Positions 1 to 8,652 are shown, counted from the first letter of the stretch. The stretch: 64,000 nt of DNA from Fimbriimonadia bacterium (GCA_041483895.1 JBGPGO010000008.1:64001-128000); one strand, 5' to 3'. Notes: generated by a model from the letters alone, not told the origin. Translations and numbers: made by a program.

Positions 1-728
1 CGCGGGGTTTTTTTGCCGATCCGGTGCGGGCGCTGTTCCCGCCGGAATCGATCATCGAGCGGTTCCGGTTCGACGGCTGCGTTTCGAATTGGGCGGATGT
101 GGAAGGGGCGTTGCGGTTGCTGGCCGATCGGTTGGGCAAGCGCCTGGCCGATCGGGATCGGCAGGGCCAGCGCATGGTGATCGTTTTGGAGACTGGGGGC
201 GCTCCCTCGCGTCTGGAGCGCATGTTCGCCCGTCCCATCGCCACCCCTTCCGCCGCCTTCGCGGCGATGACGTTGATGGTGAAAAACGCCTTTGACGATA
301 CGATCGTCAATGAAAAAACAAAAAACAAAAATTTCATTGACGATCGCATCGTCAAATCCACTCCCAATGATGCGACCGGTCTCCTGACCGAGTCGCAAGT
401 TCCTCCGGGGTCTCCTGACCGGACAAACGACGGGCGGTCAGGAGACCTAAAGAATGGTTGCGACTCGGTCGGGAGACCGGTCGCATCGATTGAGTCGCAC
501 TGTGAAGGGGCCATCCGCGCCATCCGCATCCTGATGCCCGGCCTGGAAAAGACCGACCGCGCCCAACCCAATCTGCTGGAAAGCGTGCCGGAACGGAGGC
601 GGAGGCTGATGATGGAACGCATCATCCGCACCTTCCGCTCCCGTTACGGCGACCGCTCCATCCGCCCGGCGCGCGAGGTCCCCGTCCCGCGGCGATTGCA
701 AATCCTGCGAGAGTGGCAGCGTGGATAG
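1..728 (+). CDS. imuB: ImuB/Y-family polymerase-like protein, C-terminal part (5' truncated by window edge), with in-frame palindromic insertion
   Basis: Frame is open from position 3. ERFRFDG...ALRLLADRLGKRLADRDRQGQRMVIVLE resembles the little-finger/IMS_C region. The stop overlaps the dnaE2 start, the typical imuB-dnaE2 arrangement. Confidence 0.7.
   Translation, partial: RGFFADPVRALFPPESIIERFRFDGCVSNWADVEGALRLLADRLGKRLADRDRQGQRMVIVLETGGAPSRLERMFARPIATPSAAFAAMTLMVKNAFDDTIVNEKTKNKNFIDDRIVKSTPNDATGLLTESQVPPGSPDRTNDGRSGDLKNGCDSVGRPVASIESHCEGAIRAIRILMPGLEKTDRAQPNLLESVPERRRRLMMERIIRTFRSRYGDRSIRPAREVPVPRRLQILREWQRG
291..510. repeat. In-frame mosaic of REP-like palindromes inside imuB
   Basis: Inverted doublet of TTGACGAT-NNN-ATCGTCAA (292-310, 337-355); inverted doublet of GATGCGACCGGTCTCCTGACCGAGTCGCAA (369-398, 458-487) with an inner hairpin; half of CCCTTCACAGTCGCACTGTGAAGGG (493-510). 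Confidence 0.9.
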
Positions 729-3700
729 CCCCGCAAGGAAACGAATATTGGAGGGCTCCGCTCCGTCGGAGCCGCAGATTGCCGTCTGGCGCGAGGCGGG
801 GCGGTGGTGGGACGGCGAGGCGTATCGCGAATTCCGCCGCTTCTTGGACGAGCGCGGCATCCAGCGGGAGAGCGTGGACGAATTTCCATCCCTCAGCCGG
901 GCGCTCTCGGAGAGGATGGAGGAGCAGCCGTACGAGGAGGACCATCGGGAGGAGTGGGCCTTCCGCATGCGCAAGATCCGGGATGAAAAAGTCGCCCGCG
1001 CCAACGGCTGGCTCCCCCGCGACGATGCGACCGGTCTCCTGACCGAGTCGCAAGTTCTTGACGATGCGATCGTCAATGAAAATATTAAAAATGTAGGCGC
1101 GGGTCAGATTGACGATTCGCCACCGATTGCCGACAACCAAGACCCGCGTAACCCCGTTGGAAATTCCGTCCCCCTCGGATCAAAAAATGTAGGCACGGGT
1201 CGGATTGACGATGCCCCGCCGATTGCCGACAACCAAGATGCGATCGTCAATGAAAAAACCTCTCCCTTCACAATAGGGATTGTGAAGGGAGAGAAAAACT
1301 CTCACCTACAGCCAGATTCCTCGCAAGCTCGGAATGACAACTCCCCTTCACAGTGCGACTGTGAAGGGATAAAAAGCACCATATCGTATGTATCCATCCC
1401 TTCACAGTCGCACTGTGAAGGGGACAACGATGCGCCGGGGTTCTCGTCTACCGAATCCGTACGTCCGCCGACCACCCAGACCCCGGCGCAACCCTGTCTC
1501 CATGTGCTCAGTGGATACAGCTTCGGCAGAAGCTCCATGCTCGCCGAGGAGATCCCGGTCCTGTGCGCCGACATGGGTATCCCCGCCGTCCTCGTCGCCG
1601 ACATCTTCTCCCTGACCGGCGCGATGGAGCATTCCAAAGCCGCCAAAAAGGCCGGAATCAAACCGCTGATCGGCGCCACCTTCGAGATGGCCGAAGGCGG
1701 CGAGATCGTCCTCGTCGCCCGCACCCGGAATGGCTATCGGAGCCTCTGCCGCCTGATCTCCGAGTGCCACTTAGGCGAGCCGCGCCTCTTCCCCCTATGC
1801 ACCTGGGAGCGGCTGGAGCGGCACCGCGAAGACCTGCTCTGCCTCACCGGCGGGCACCCCGGCCTGATCAGCCGCCTCCTGCTCGCGCAAAAATATGGCG
1901 AGGCGAATACCGTAACGCGCCGACTGATCGATCTCTATGGCCGCGATAATGTCTTCATACAGATCGAGCGCAGCTACTATCCGTTCGAAAAGGCGCTGGA
2001 GGGGCGGCTGCTGGAGCTGGCCTCCCATTGCGGCGTGCGCCCCGTGGCCGGCGGACCGATCACCCATGCCAAATTCGAGCACTTCCCGGCGCAGGACGTG
2101 CTGATCTGTATAGATACCCTTTGCGCGATTGAAGAAATTGACGGGCGCAAGCCGGGCAGGAAACAGGGGCAAACGCAGGTCGAAGGCCCCCCTCGCCGCG
2201 CCCTCAACGCCGAGAGATATCTGCACAGTCCCGCCGAGATGCGCGCCCTGTTCGTCGACCGGCCGGATTTGCTGGAAAACACATGGGCGGTGGCCGAGCG
2301 GTGCGACCCATGGGTGATGCCGCCCCGGACGGAGCTGCCGAAGCTGTACCCGGACGAGTTCGCCACCCTGCGCGAAATCACCTATGCCGGCGCGCGCGCC
2401 CGCTATCCCAAAATCGGCAGCAGCCTGCACCGCCGCATGGAAAACGAGCTGAACCGGATCGAGCAACTCGGCTTCGCGGGGCATTTTCTGGTCGCGTGGG
2501 ATATGTGCCGGTGGGCGCGGGAGAACCGGATTCTGTTCAGCGGTCGCGGGTCGGTGGTGGATTCGGTGGTGGCGTTTGCTCTTGGCCTTTCCCGCATCGA
2601 CGCGCATCACCACAACCTGCACTTCGATCGCTTCCTTCCCGCAGATGGGTCCAAAAGGCCGGATATCGACATCGACTTCGAGGCCGCCAAACGCAACGAC
2701 GTGCGCGAATATCTGACGAAAAAATATGGCGAAGATCATGTGGCCACCGTCGGGGCGGTGGGGGCCTACTGTTCGCGGGGAATCGTGCGGGAGGTGAGCA
2801 AGGTGTTCGGCATTCCGCCGGAAACGATCGGCTATTTTGCCAAGCGCATCCACGGCGGCGTCAGCCCGGACAACCTGCGCGCCTCCCTCAAGGCCCGGCC
2901 GGAACTGCGAAACAGCAACATCCCGGCGGACCTGTTCGAGTGGGTGTTCGCCCTCAGCCCTCTTCTCATGGATGTGCCGCGAAACATGCGCTCCCATTCG
3001 TCCGGCGTCGTGATCTCCCGAACGCCGATCATGGACACGGTGCCGGTCCTCATCTCCGGCCTGGACTCCGTAAAAATTATGCAGTGGGACAAGCGCAGCG
3101 CCAAGCATGTGTTCGACAAATTCGACGTGCTCTGCCTGCGCGGGCAAGACGTGCTGGGGAGGACCCAGGAGCAGATCCGGCTGTTCGAGGATTTCGATGT
3201 GGAAGACATCTCGCTGGAGGACCCGGACACCTACGCCACCATGCGATCGGGGCATCTGATCGGCGTGCCGCAGTCGGCCTCTCCCGCGATGCGGCAGGCG
3301 CACGTGCGGCTGGGGACGATGGACCTGAAGGACGCCAGTTTGGTGCAGGCGGGCATCCGGCCCGGCGTGGGCGGGGCGGTGAAGATCAACGAATTGATCG
3401 CGCGGCGGCGGGGCAAGCCGTACAGCTTCCAGCATCCCAAATTGGAAAAAATTCTGGGCCACACCTATGGGATTATCGTTTTTCAGGAGCAGGTGGACCA
3501 ACTGCTGCAGGAGTTCGGAAACTATACGTCCGGCGAGGCGGAGGCGACGCGCGAGGCCATCTACGAGAAGCGGCGGGAGAAATACGCGGCGCAGATTAAA
3601 GAGGAGGTGATCTCGCGGGTACTGGCGCAGGGATACGCGCAGTCGGTGGCGGAGGAGGTCTATGATTTAGTTTCCGGATTTCAGGGATATGGGTTTGCGG

Positions 3701-5256
3701 AGGGGCACGCGCTGGCGTTCGCGGAGATTTCGATCCGCTCGGTCTGGTGCCAGCAGCACTATCCGGCGGAGTATTTCGCGGCGCTGCTGAACTCCCAGCC
3801 GGCGGGATATTACGGCCCCTGCACGCTGGCGAACGAGGCGCGGATTCGGGGGGTGAGGATGCTGCCGGTGGATGTGAACGCGAGCGGGTTGGAGTTTTCG
3901 GTGGAGGATGTGCGGTCGGAGATGGACCCTCGGTTGATCCTTCCTCGCGCCGGCATCCGCGTGGCCCTTCACCAGATCAGCGGAGTGTCTTCCGACACCC
4001 TGACCCGCATATCCTTAAATGGGGTCTTGGATTTCATTGGCGATCGCATCGTCAACATCCCTTCACAGTGCGACTGTGAAGGGATAGGAGATGTGTTGGG
4101 GTCCTCGCCTGCCGGATCCGACCGAATGCCAATAAGCCCAGACCCCAACACCGGCATCATCACCCCGGATTTCATTGACGATGCGATCGTCAATGAAAAC
4201 TCCCCTTCACAGTCGCACTGTGAAGGGATGGAGAGACTCCCTCCCCCTTTTTCCGGCGCTGCCCGTTCCCCTGCGCCGGAAAAAGGGGGAGGGTTGGGGT
4301 GGGGGTTTGAATTCTCGATGCGCCGGGGTTCACTGTTACCGACTCCTCCCGATTGCCAACAACCCAGACCCCGGCGCTATACCTCTTTCTTCGACTTCGT
4401 CGCGCGGGTGCGGCCGGCGCGGGACGAGTTGGAGCGGCTGATCCTGTGCGGCGCGCTGGACAGCCTCCACCATAACCGCCGCGCGATGCTGTGGGCGATT
4501 CCCTCGGCGCTCAACTACGCGAGCAGCGTCGCCCCTTCACAGTGCGACGACGATGCGATCGTCAATGAAAAAGTATCTTCCTTCACAATGGGGATTGTGA
4601 AGGAAGAAAAAAATGATGCGACCGGTCTCCCGACCGAGTCGCAAGTTTCTTCGCGGTCTCCGGACCGATGCGGCGACTCGGTCGGGAGACCGGTCGCATC
4701 TATATCGGCTTGCGACTCGGTCAGGAGACCGGTCGCATCCGTAAGCCCAGACCCCAACACCCTCCCCCTCACCAACACCGAACCCCCCATGCCGATGGAC
4801 GTGGCGGATTTTCCCGAGCAGGAAAAGGCGATCTGGGAGCGCGACATCCTTGGCATGGACGTGCAAAAGCACCTGATGGCCTGGGAGCGCGAGCATGTGC
4901 AGGCGCGCGGCGGCATCACGGGAGCGCAGGCGATGGCCTCCAAGGACGGGACGAAATGTTTCGTGGTCGGCCATCCGATCCGCCTGCGCTTTCCCCCGAC
5001 GCAAAGCGGCCGCCGCGTGGTGTTTTTCGATCTGGAAGACGAGACGGGCCTCTTAAATGTGACCTGTTTCGATGAGACCTATCAGCGATATGGGCACGCG
5101 ATTATCTGCAATCCCTATGTGACGGTGGTGGGCATCGCGCAGGCGCGGGACAACTATATGGGATTTTTGGCCGAGAAAATTTTCCCCTACCGCGCCAACC
5201 TCCGCAACTTCACAACCACCCTCCCGCTCACGATGGCAGATTTTCTCGTTAGGTAA
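721..5256 (+). CDS. dnaE2: Error-prone DNA polymerase III alpha subunit (DnaE2/ImuC), 1511 aa, with three large repeat-derived insertions
   Basis: PHP start LHVLSGYSF, SGRGS, catalytic RPDIDIDF and KFDVL, YGFAEGHA, LNSQPAGYY, OB-fold FFDLEDETG. Lies downstream of the imuB-like gene. Confidence 0.92.
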   Translation: MDSPARKRILEGSAPSEPQIAVWREAGRWWDGEAYREFRRFLDERGIQRESVDEFPSLSRALSERMEEQPYEEDHREEWAFRMRKIRDEKVARANGWLPRDDATGLLTESQVLDDAIVNENIKNVGAGQIDDSPPIADNQDPRNPVGNSVPLGSKNVGTGRIDDAPPIADNQDAIVNEKTSPFTIGIVKGEKNSHLQPDSSQARNDNSPSQCDCEGIKSTISYVSIPSQSHCEGDNDAPGFSSTESVRPPTTQTPAQPCLHVLSGYSFGRSSMLAEEIPVLCADMGIPAVLVADIFSLTGAMEHSKAAKKAGIKPLIGATFEMAEGGEIVLVARTRNGYRSLCRLISECHLGEPRLFPLCTWERLERHREDLLCLTGGHPGLISRLLLAQKYGEANTVTRRLIDLYGRDNVFIQIERSYYPFEKALEGRLLELASHCGVRPVAGGPITHAKFEHFPAQDVLICIDTLCAIEEIDGRKPGRKQGQTQVEGPPRRALNAERYLHSPAEMRALFVDRPDLLENTWAVAERCDPWVMPPRTELPKLYPDEFATLREITYAGARARYPKIGSSLHRRMENELNRIEQLGFAGHFLVAWDMCRWARENRILFSGRGSVVDSVVAFALGLSRIDAHHHNLHFDRFLPADGSKRPDIDIDFEAAKRNDVREYLTKKYGEDHVATVGAVGAYCSRGIVREVSKVFGIPPETIGYFAKRIHGGVSPDNLRASLKARPELRNSNIPADLFEWVFALSPLLMDVPRNMRSHSSGVVISRTPIMDTVPVLISGLDSVKIMQWDKRSAKHVFDKFDVLCLRGQDVLGRTQEQIRLFEDFDVEDISLEDPDTYATMRSGHLIGVPQSASPAMRQAHVRLGTMDLKDASLVQAGIRPGVGGAVKINELIARRRGKPYSFQHPKLEKILGHTYGIIVFQEQVDQLLQEFGNYTSGEAEATREAIYEKRREKYAAQIKEEVISRVLAQGYAQSVAEEVYDLVSGFQGYGFAEGHALAFAEISIRSVWCQQHYPAEYFAALLNSQPAGYYGPCTLANEARIRGVRMLPVDVNASGLEFSVEDVRSEMDPRLILPRAGIRVALHQISGVSSDTLTRISLNGVLDFIGDRIVNIPSQCDCEGIGDVLGSSPAGSDRMPISPDPNTGIITPDFIDDAIVNENSPSQSHCEGMERLPPPFSGAARSPAPEKGGGLGWGFEFSMRRGSLLPTPPDCQQPRPRRYTSFFDFVARVRPARDELERLILCGALDSLHHNRRAMLWAIPSALNYASSVAPSQCDDDAIVNEKVSSFTMGIVKEEKNDATGLPTESQVSSRSPDRCGDSVGRPVASISACDSVRRPVASVSPDPNTLPLTNTEPPMPMDVADFPEQEKAIWERDILGMDVQKHLMAWEREHVQARGGITGAQAMASKDGTKCFVVGHPIRLRFPPTQSGRRVVFFDLEDETGLLNVTCFDETYQRYGHAIICNPYVTVVGIAQARDNYMGFLAEKIFPYRANLRNFTTTLPLTMADFLVR
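748..776. repeat. GGAG-prefixed short palindrome TTGGAGGGCTCCGCTCCGTCGGAGCCGCA in the dnaE2 5' region
   Basis: Stem GGCTCCG/CGGAGCC; related copies at 24103-24184. Confidence 0.65.
1021..1490. repeat. dnaE2 in-frame insertion 1: palindrome mosaic
   Basis: Units at 1024-1053, 1058-1076, 1261-1292, 1312-1339, 1344-1368, 1398-1422 and 1432-1489, plus a ~56-bp direct repeat 1087-1142/1183-1238. Ends just before the PHP motif. Confidence 0.9.
4031..4378. repeat. dnaE2 in-frame insertion 2: palindrome mosaic
   Basis: Units at 4037-4055, 4059-4083, 4093-4151, 4170-4198, 4203-4227, ~4237-4305 (CCCTCCCCC...GGGGGAGGG) and 4320-4377. Interrupts the HhH region just before YTSFFDF. Confidence 0.9.
4532..4760. 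repeat. dnaE2 in-frame insertion 3: palindrome mosaic
   Basis: Chimeric unit 4533-4570, then 4576-4607, 4615-4644, 4673-4700, 4710-4739 and a half element at 4741-4760. Lies in the linker before the OB fold. Confidence 0.9.
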
Positions 5257-5275
5257 CGCTGGCATCTTGCCGGCA

Positions 5276-6340
5276 CTATCGACCCGAAGGCTTCGCACCT
5301 GAATGAAAATAAGTGATCGTCCGCGAGATGGCCGGGAGATCGTCGACGAAACCCTCACCATTAATCCATGATCGGTCAGTGCCCATCTGCAAGGTCCAGT
5401 TTCCATGCCTATCGTACTTGTACTCGTACAACATTTCCCAGTCCCGACTTCCATCTTCGTTGTAGCCATTGCGCGAAACAACATTTCCGTACTGATCATA
5501 TCGCTCCACCTTCATCATCCAGGCCTTCCCATCCGCCTCATACGACGTCATCGTCACGGTCCGCGCATCGGGAGAAGAGTCTTCAACAATCTTGGAGCCT
5601 GATTCGGTGTCCGTTAGCGTCCTGGACCTGAGCGTTCCATTTGGATAGTACACGAAATCCTCCACCTGCTTTCCACCATATCGACTGAAGTGCGAAACTA
5701 GCAGTCCACCAGCAACACCATATCGACGTGTCTCATCAATTTGTACGGATCCGCCGAAATCACCAGACGAAAACAATTTTGCATAATGACAAAACTGTTC
5801 GAAACCATCCGCCGTGCGACTCCATCTCCATGAGCCGCGTTCCGTCTTTTCGCCAGAATCATAGGCCTCGTAGGATTTCCGAAGATGATGACCATTGTCA
5901 TATTCGAAAGTCTTGATTGACCCATATGATGCGGAAATGCTAAGGAGGTCTCCCGTTGGCGAGTATTTGTATGTTATCGTGGATTCGGGGGATCCATCCC
6001 TAAACTCCTCCTCGATAATCGGCCGGTGCGAAGCGTCGTAATGATAAACGCACTCATAGAAGCTTTTCCGGCACGCAGGCACAGATTGGGATAGCTGAGA
6101 TAGCTTGATCATAGTGCCGCGCCGATCATACGTTAGTTCGCGCTGAACAGTCCAATGAGCCTGCTCGTTCTCACCATCCCGCGTCTCTTCGACGACTTGC
6201 CGGACAGGTCCACGGAGGTTCTCATCCTTGGCCATTGGAAATAATTCGGGAGGATTGATCGGCTCGATGTTCTTCGGCCATTGAGGTTGCGCGGCGGCGG
6301 ATTGCAGCAGGAGCAAGAGCACCATCATCTCATAACTCAC
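5276..6340 (-). CDS. Secreted YD/RHS-like repeat protein
   Basis: Signal-peptide-like N-terminus; LRGPV motif; YxYD repeats; C-terminal YKYDRHGNW...RTITYF. Paralog of the adjacent gene. Confidence 0.75.
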   Translation of the reverse strand: MSYEMMVLLLLLQSAAAQPQWPKNIEPINPPELFPMAKDENLRGPVRQVVEETRDGENEQAHWTVQRELTYDRRGTMIKLSQLSQSVPACRKSFYECVYHYDASHRPIIEEEFRDGSPESTITYKYSPTGDLLSISASYGSIKTFEYDNGHHLRKSYEAYDSGEKTERGSWRWSRTADGFEQFCHYAKLFSSGDFGGSVQIDETRRYGVAGGLLVSHFSRYGGKQVEDFVYYPNGTLRSRTLTDTESGSKIVEDSSPDARTVTMTSYEADGKAWMMKVERYDQYGNVVSRNGYNEDGSRDWEMLYEYKYDRHGNWTLQMGTDRSWINGEGFVDDLPAISRTITYFHSGAKPSGR

Positions 6341-7392
6341 TTGTAGTACTCGATAGTTCGTCGGACCGCCGCCAGTTCTTCATCGGAAACCTCGCCATCG
6401 GGATAGGTAGTGCGGTTGGACCCAGTGCGCAAAGTCCAATTTCCGTGCGAATCATATGTGTAGTGGTAGACCTGATCCCACGTCATCGCGTCATCGCCGC
6501 CAGATGTGCGGCCCTTACGAGTCAGCTCATTACCATATTTGTCGAACGTCACCACCTCCGATATCCACTGTTTTCCACCTCTCTTCATCACGACCGTTGT
6601 TAACGTCCGGCCATCCTTCGATCGAATCTCCTTATAATCCATCTTCTCGTCCTCATTCGTGATTTTGGTATAACCCTTGCCGACTAGATCGTACGTGCAC
6701 TGCTCTCCGACGTCTCCTTCCGGACCGGTAAGCCTCGTACTCACAAGTTTTCCGCTATTCGTATAAACCCTCACCTCGATTACTTCAGCAAAGGCAACGG
6801 CATGTCCCGATGAAGTGACCATTGTATAGTGGCATTGCTGCTGAAACCTTCCAACGGGAAGGCGCTTCCACTCCCAAACGGCACCTCTCAGCCGCTCGCC
6901 ATGATCGCCGATTTCTGATGACTTAATGACATGATGATCCTGATCATAGGAGTATGTTGTGATCCAAGACGTGTTCTCGCCCGTTGATGTCATTATGGAC
7001 TCGACGAGCCCTCCCCACGAATTGAATTTGTACGCGCACCGACGCCAGCAATGGCCGTTGTCTGAATACTCGATGCCCTCAGTCTGTCCCAGCTTGTCAT
7101 AACTGTATTTTGTCGTTCGGAACCCTTTGTCTCCAGCACGCATCATATCGATCATGCGCACCCGCTCTTCTGTCATGTGGCCGGTTCGGTTGTAAGATGA
7201 CTCTTTCGTTATTCGCCATTCCGGAGGCTGATCCGGTGTCTTCTCATGCGTCTCGACACGGACCTTTGAGACGGGTCCGCGTAGATTTTCATCAGCAACC
7301 TCCGGAACAAGCTTCGGAATGTTGATGGGCTCGATGTTCTTGGGCCAGGGAGCTTGGTTTTGAATGACGAGAGCGAGAAGCGTCAGCAGCAT
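6337..7392 (-). CDS. Secreted YD/RHS-like repeat protein
   Basis: Start reassigned to ATG 7392 (AGGAGG upstream). Shares WPKNIEPIN...DENLRGPV and YDxHGNWT with the neighbour. Confidence 0.75.
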   Translation of the reverse strand: MLLTLLALVIQNQAPWPKNIEPINIPKLVPEVADENLRGPVSKVRVETHEKTPDQPPEWRITKESSYNRTGHMTEERVRMIDMMRAGDKGFRTTKYSYDKLGQTEGIEYSDNGHCWRRCAYKFNSWGGLVESIMTSTGENTSWITTYSYDQDHHVIKSSEIGDHGERLRGAVWEWKRLPVGRFQQQCHYTMVTSSGHAVAFAEVIEVRVYTNSGKLVSTRLTGPEGDVGEQCTYDLVGKGYTKITNEDEKMDYKEIRSKDGRTLTTVVMKRGGKQWISEVVTFDKYGNELTRKGRTSGGDDAMTWDQVYHYTYDSHGNWTLRTGSNRTTYPDGEVSDEELAAVRRTIEYYK

Positions 7393-7469
7393 GATGATTC
7401 CTCCTGACTGGTGGGACGAATGAGCTCCCGTAGCGTTCCGCTCAATCGACCATCGGCTATACTCCATTC

Positions 7470-8489
7470 ATGTCTGAATATCGGCTTACACAAGTGGTGG
7501 CGTGCGCGGGTTGAGCGAGTAAGCTGGGCCCGACCCAGCTCGCGGAGGTGCTCCGCGGGATCCCCGTGCAAGATGACCCGGACGTGCTCGTCGGACTGGA
7601 CAGCTCCGACGACGCCGGCCTTTTTCGCCTGCCCGACGGCACCGCCCTGGTTCAAACGGTGGATTTTTTCACCCCCATCGTGGACGACCCGTACACCTAT
7701 GGCGCAATCGCCGCCGCCAACGCGCTGAGCGACGTGTACGCGATGGGTGGAAGGCCGCTGACCGCGCTGAATATTCTCTGTTTCCCGATCGATAGTGCCC
7801 CGGCGGAGGTATTGCGGCAGATCCTGCTGGGCGGGTTCGACAAGATGCGCGAGGCCGGGGTCGCGGTCGTCGGCGGGCACAGCGTGGAGGACAAGGAGCC
7901 GAAATTTGGCGCGGCGGTGACTGGGATCGTAGATCCGGACAAGGCGATCACCAACGCCGGGGCAAAGCCGGGCCAAAAGATATTCTTGACGAAGGCGCTG
8001 GGGACCGGCATTGTCGCGACGGCGGCCAAGTTCGACGCCTGTCCTCCATCGGCGTTGCAAACGGCCTGCGAATCGATGATGAAGCTGAATAAAGAGGCGA
8101 GCGAGGTGGCGGTCCGGCATGGGGTCCGCGCGGGCACGGACGTCACCGGTTTCGGCCTCGCCGGGCACCTGTCGCACATCGCGCGCAACTCCAACATCGC
8201 CATCCGAATTGATTCCAACCGGCTTCCCATCCTTCCGGAGGCTATCCAACTAGCTTTAGCGGGACACGTCACCGCAGGCGCGAACAAGAACGCAGAGTGG
8301 CTTGGCGACATGCTGCAGGTGGGACCCGTCGCGTCTGGGATCAGGGACATCGTCTTGGACCCGCAAACCTCCGGCGGCCTGGTCCTGTGCATCGATCCCG
8401 CCGTTGCCGATGCCTTCCAAGCTGATTTGCCCTCCGCCGTCGAGATCGGGGAAACCCTCCCAGGCCCGCCGTCGATTCAAGTGCACTAA
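7470..8489 (+). CDS. selD: Selenide, water dikinase (selenophosphate synthetase), selenocysteine-containing
   Basis: ATG 7470 is in frame with the 7548 ORF and reads MSEYRLTQVVACAG-(TGA 7512-7514)-ASKLGP. DDAG, VQTVDFFTP, ANALSDVYAMGG, TDVTGFGL and DPQTSGGL motifs present. Confidence 0.93.
7515..7543 (+). promoter_or_regulatory. Candidate bacterial SECIS hairpin
   Basis: GCGAGTAAGCTGGG-CCCGA-CCCAGCTCGC directly 3' of the in-frame TGA. Confidence 0.6.
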
Positions 8490-8623
8490 TCGGACCCATC
8501 GGACGGATCAGACCGATCGGACCTATTAGTCTGATCCGTCCGATCCGTCCGATGGGTCCCCGTTGTGTCGGGGTCCTCACCTGGCAAACCCCTTTCTTGT
8601 GAAGACTCCAAAGACCCCGACAC
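8489..8623. repeat. Intergenic hairpin of ATCGGAC-type 9-mers plus fixed-spacer inverted repeat
   Basis: GGACCCATCGGACGGATCAGAC...GTCTGATCCGTCCGATCCGTCCGATGGGTCC; GTGTCGGGGTC (8565-8575) / GACCCCGACAC (8613-8623). Confidence 0.75.
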
Positions 8624-8652
8624 GGCGCCCTGGGGTAACCTAAAACCCAACA

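Noticed and set aside
1021..1490. CRISPR array
   Set aside because: Repeats are heterogeneous, often inverted, irregularly spaced and inside an ORF; no cas1/cas2 in the window.
1795..3599. Long alternative ORFs (1795..3501 minus, 2283..3599 plus) and similar shadow ORFs elsewhere
   Set aside because: They overlap well-supported genes and show no motifs; expected in GC-rich DNA.
721..5256. Inteins or introns explaining the oversized DnaE2
   Set aside because: The insertions lack C/S...HN intein termini, homing endonuclease motifs and recognisable intron structure; they are built from dispersed palindromes.
7470..7547. selD pseudogene or true start at 7548
   Set aside because: The stop is UGA exactly at the catalytic Cys/Sec position and is followed by a hairpin.
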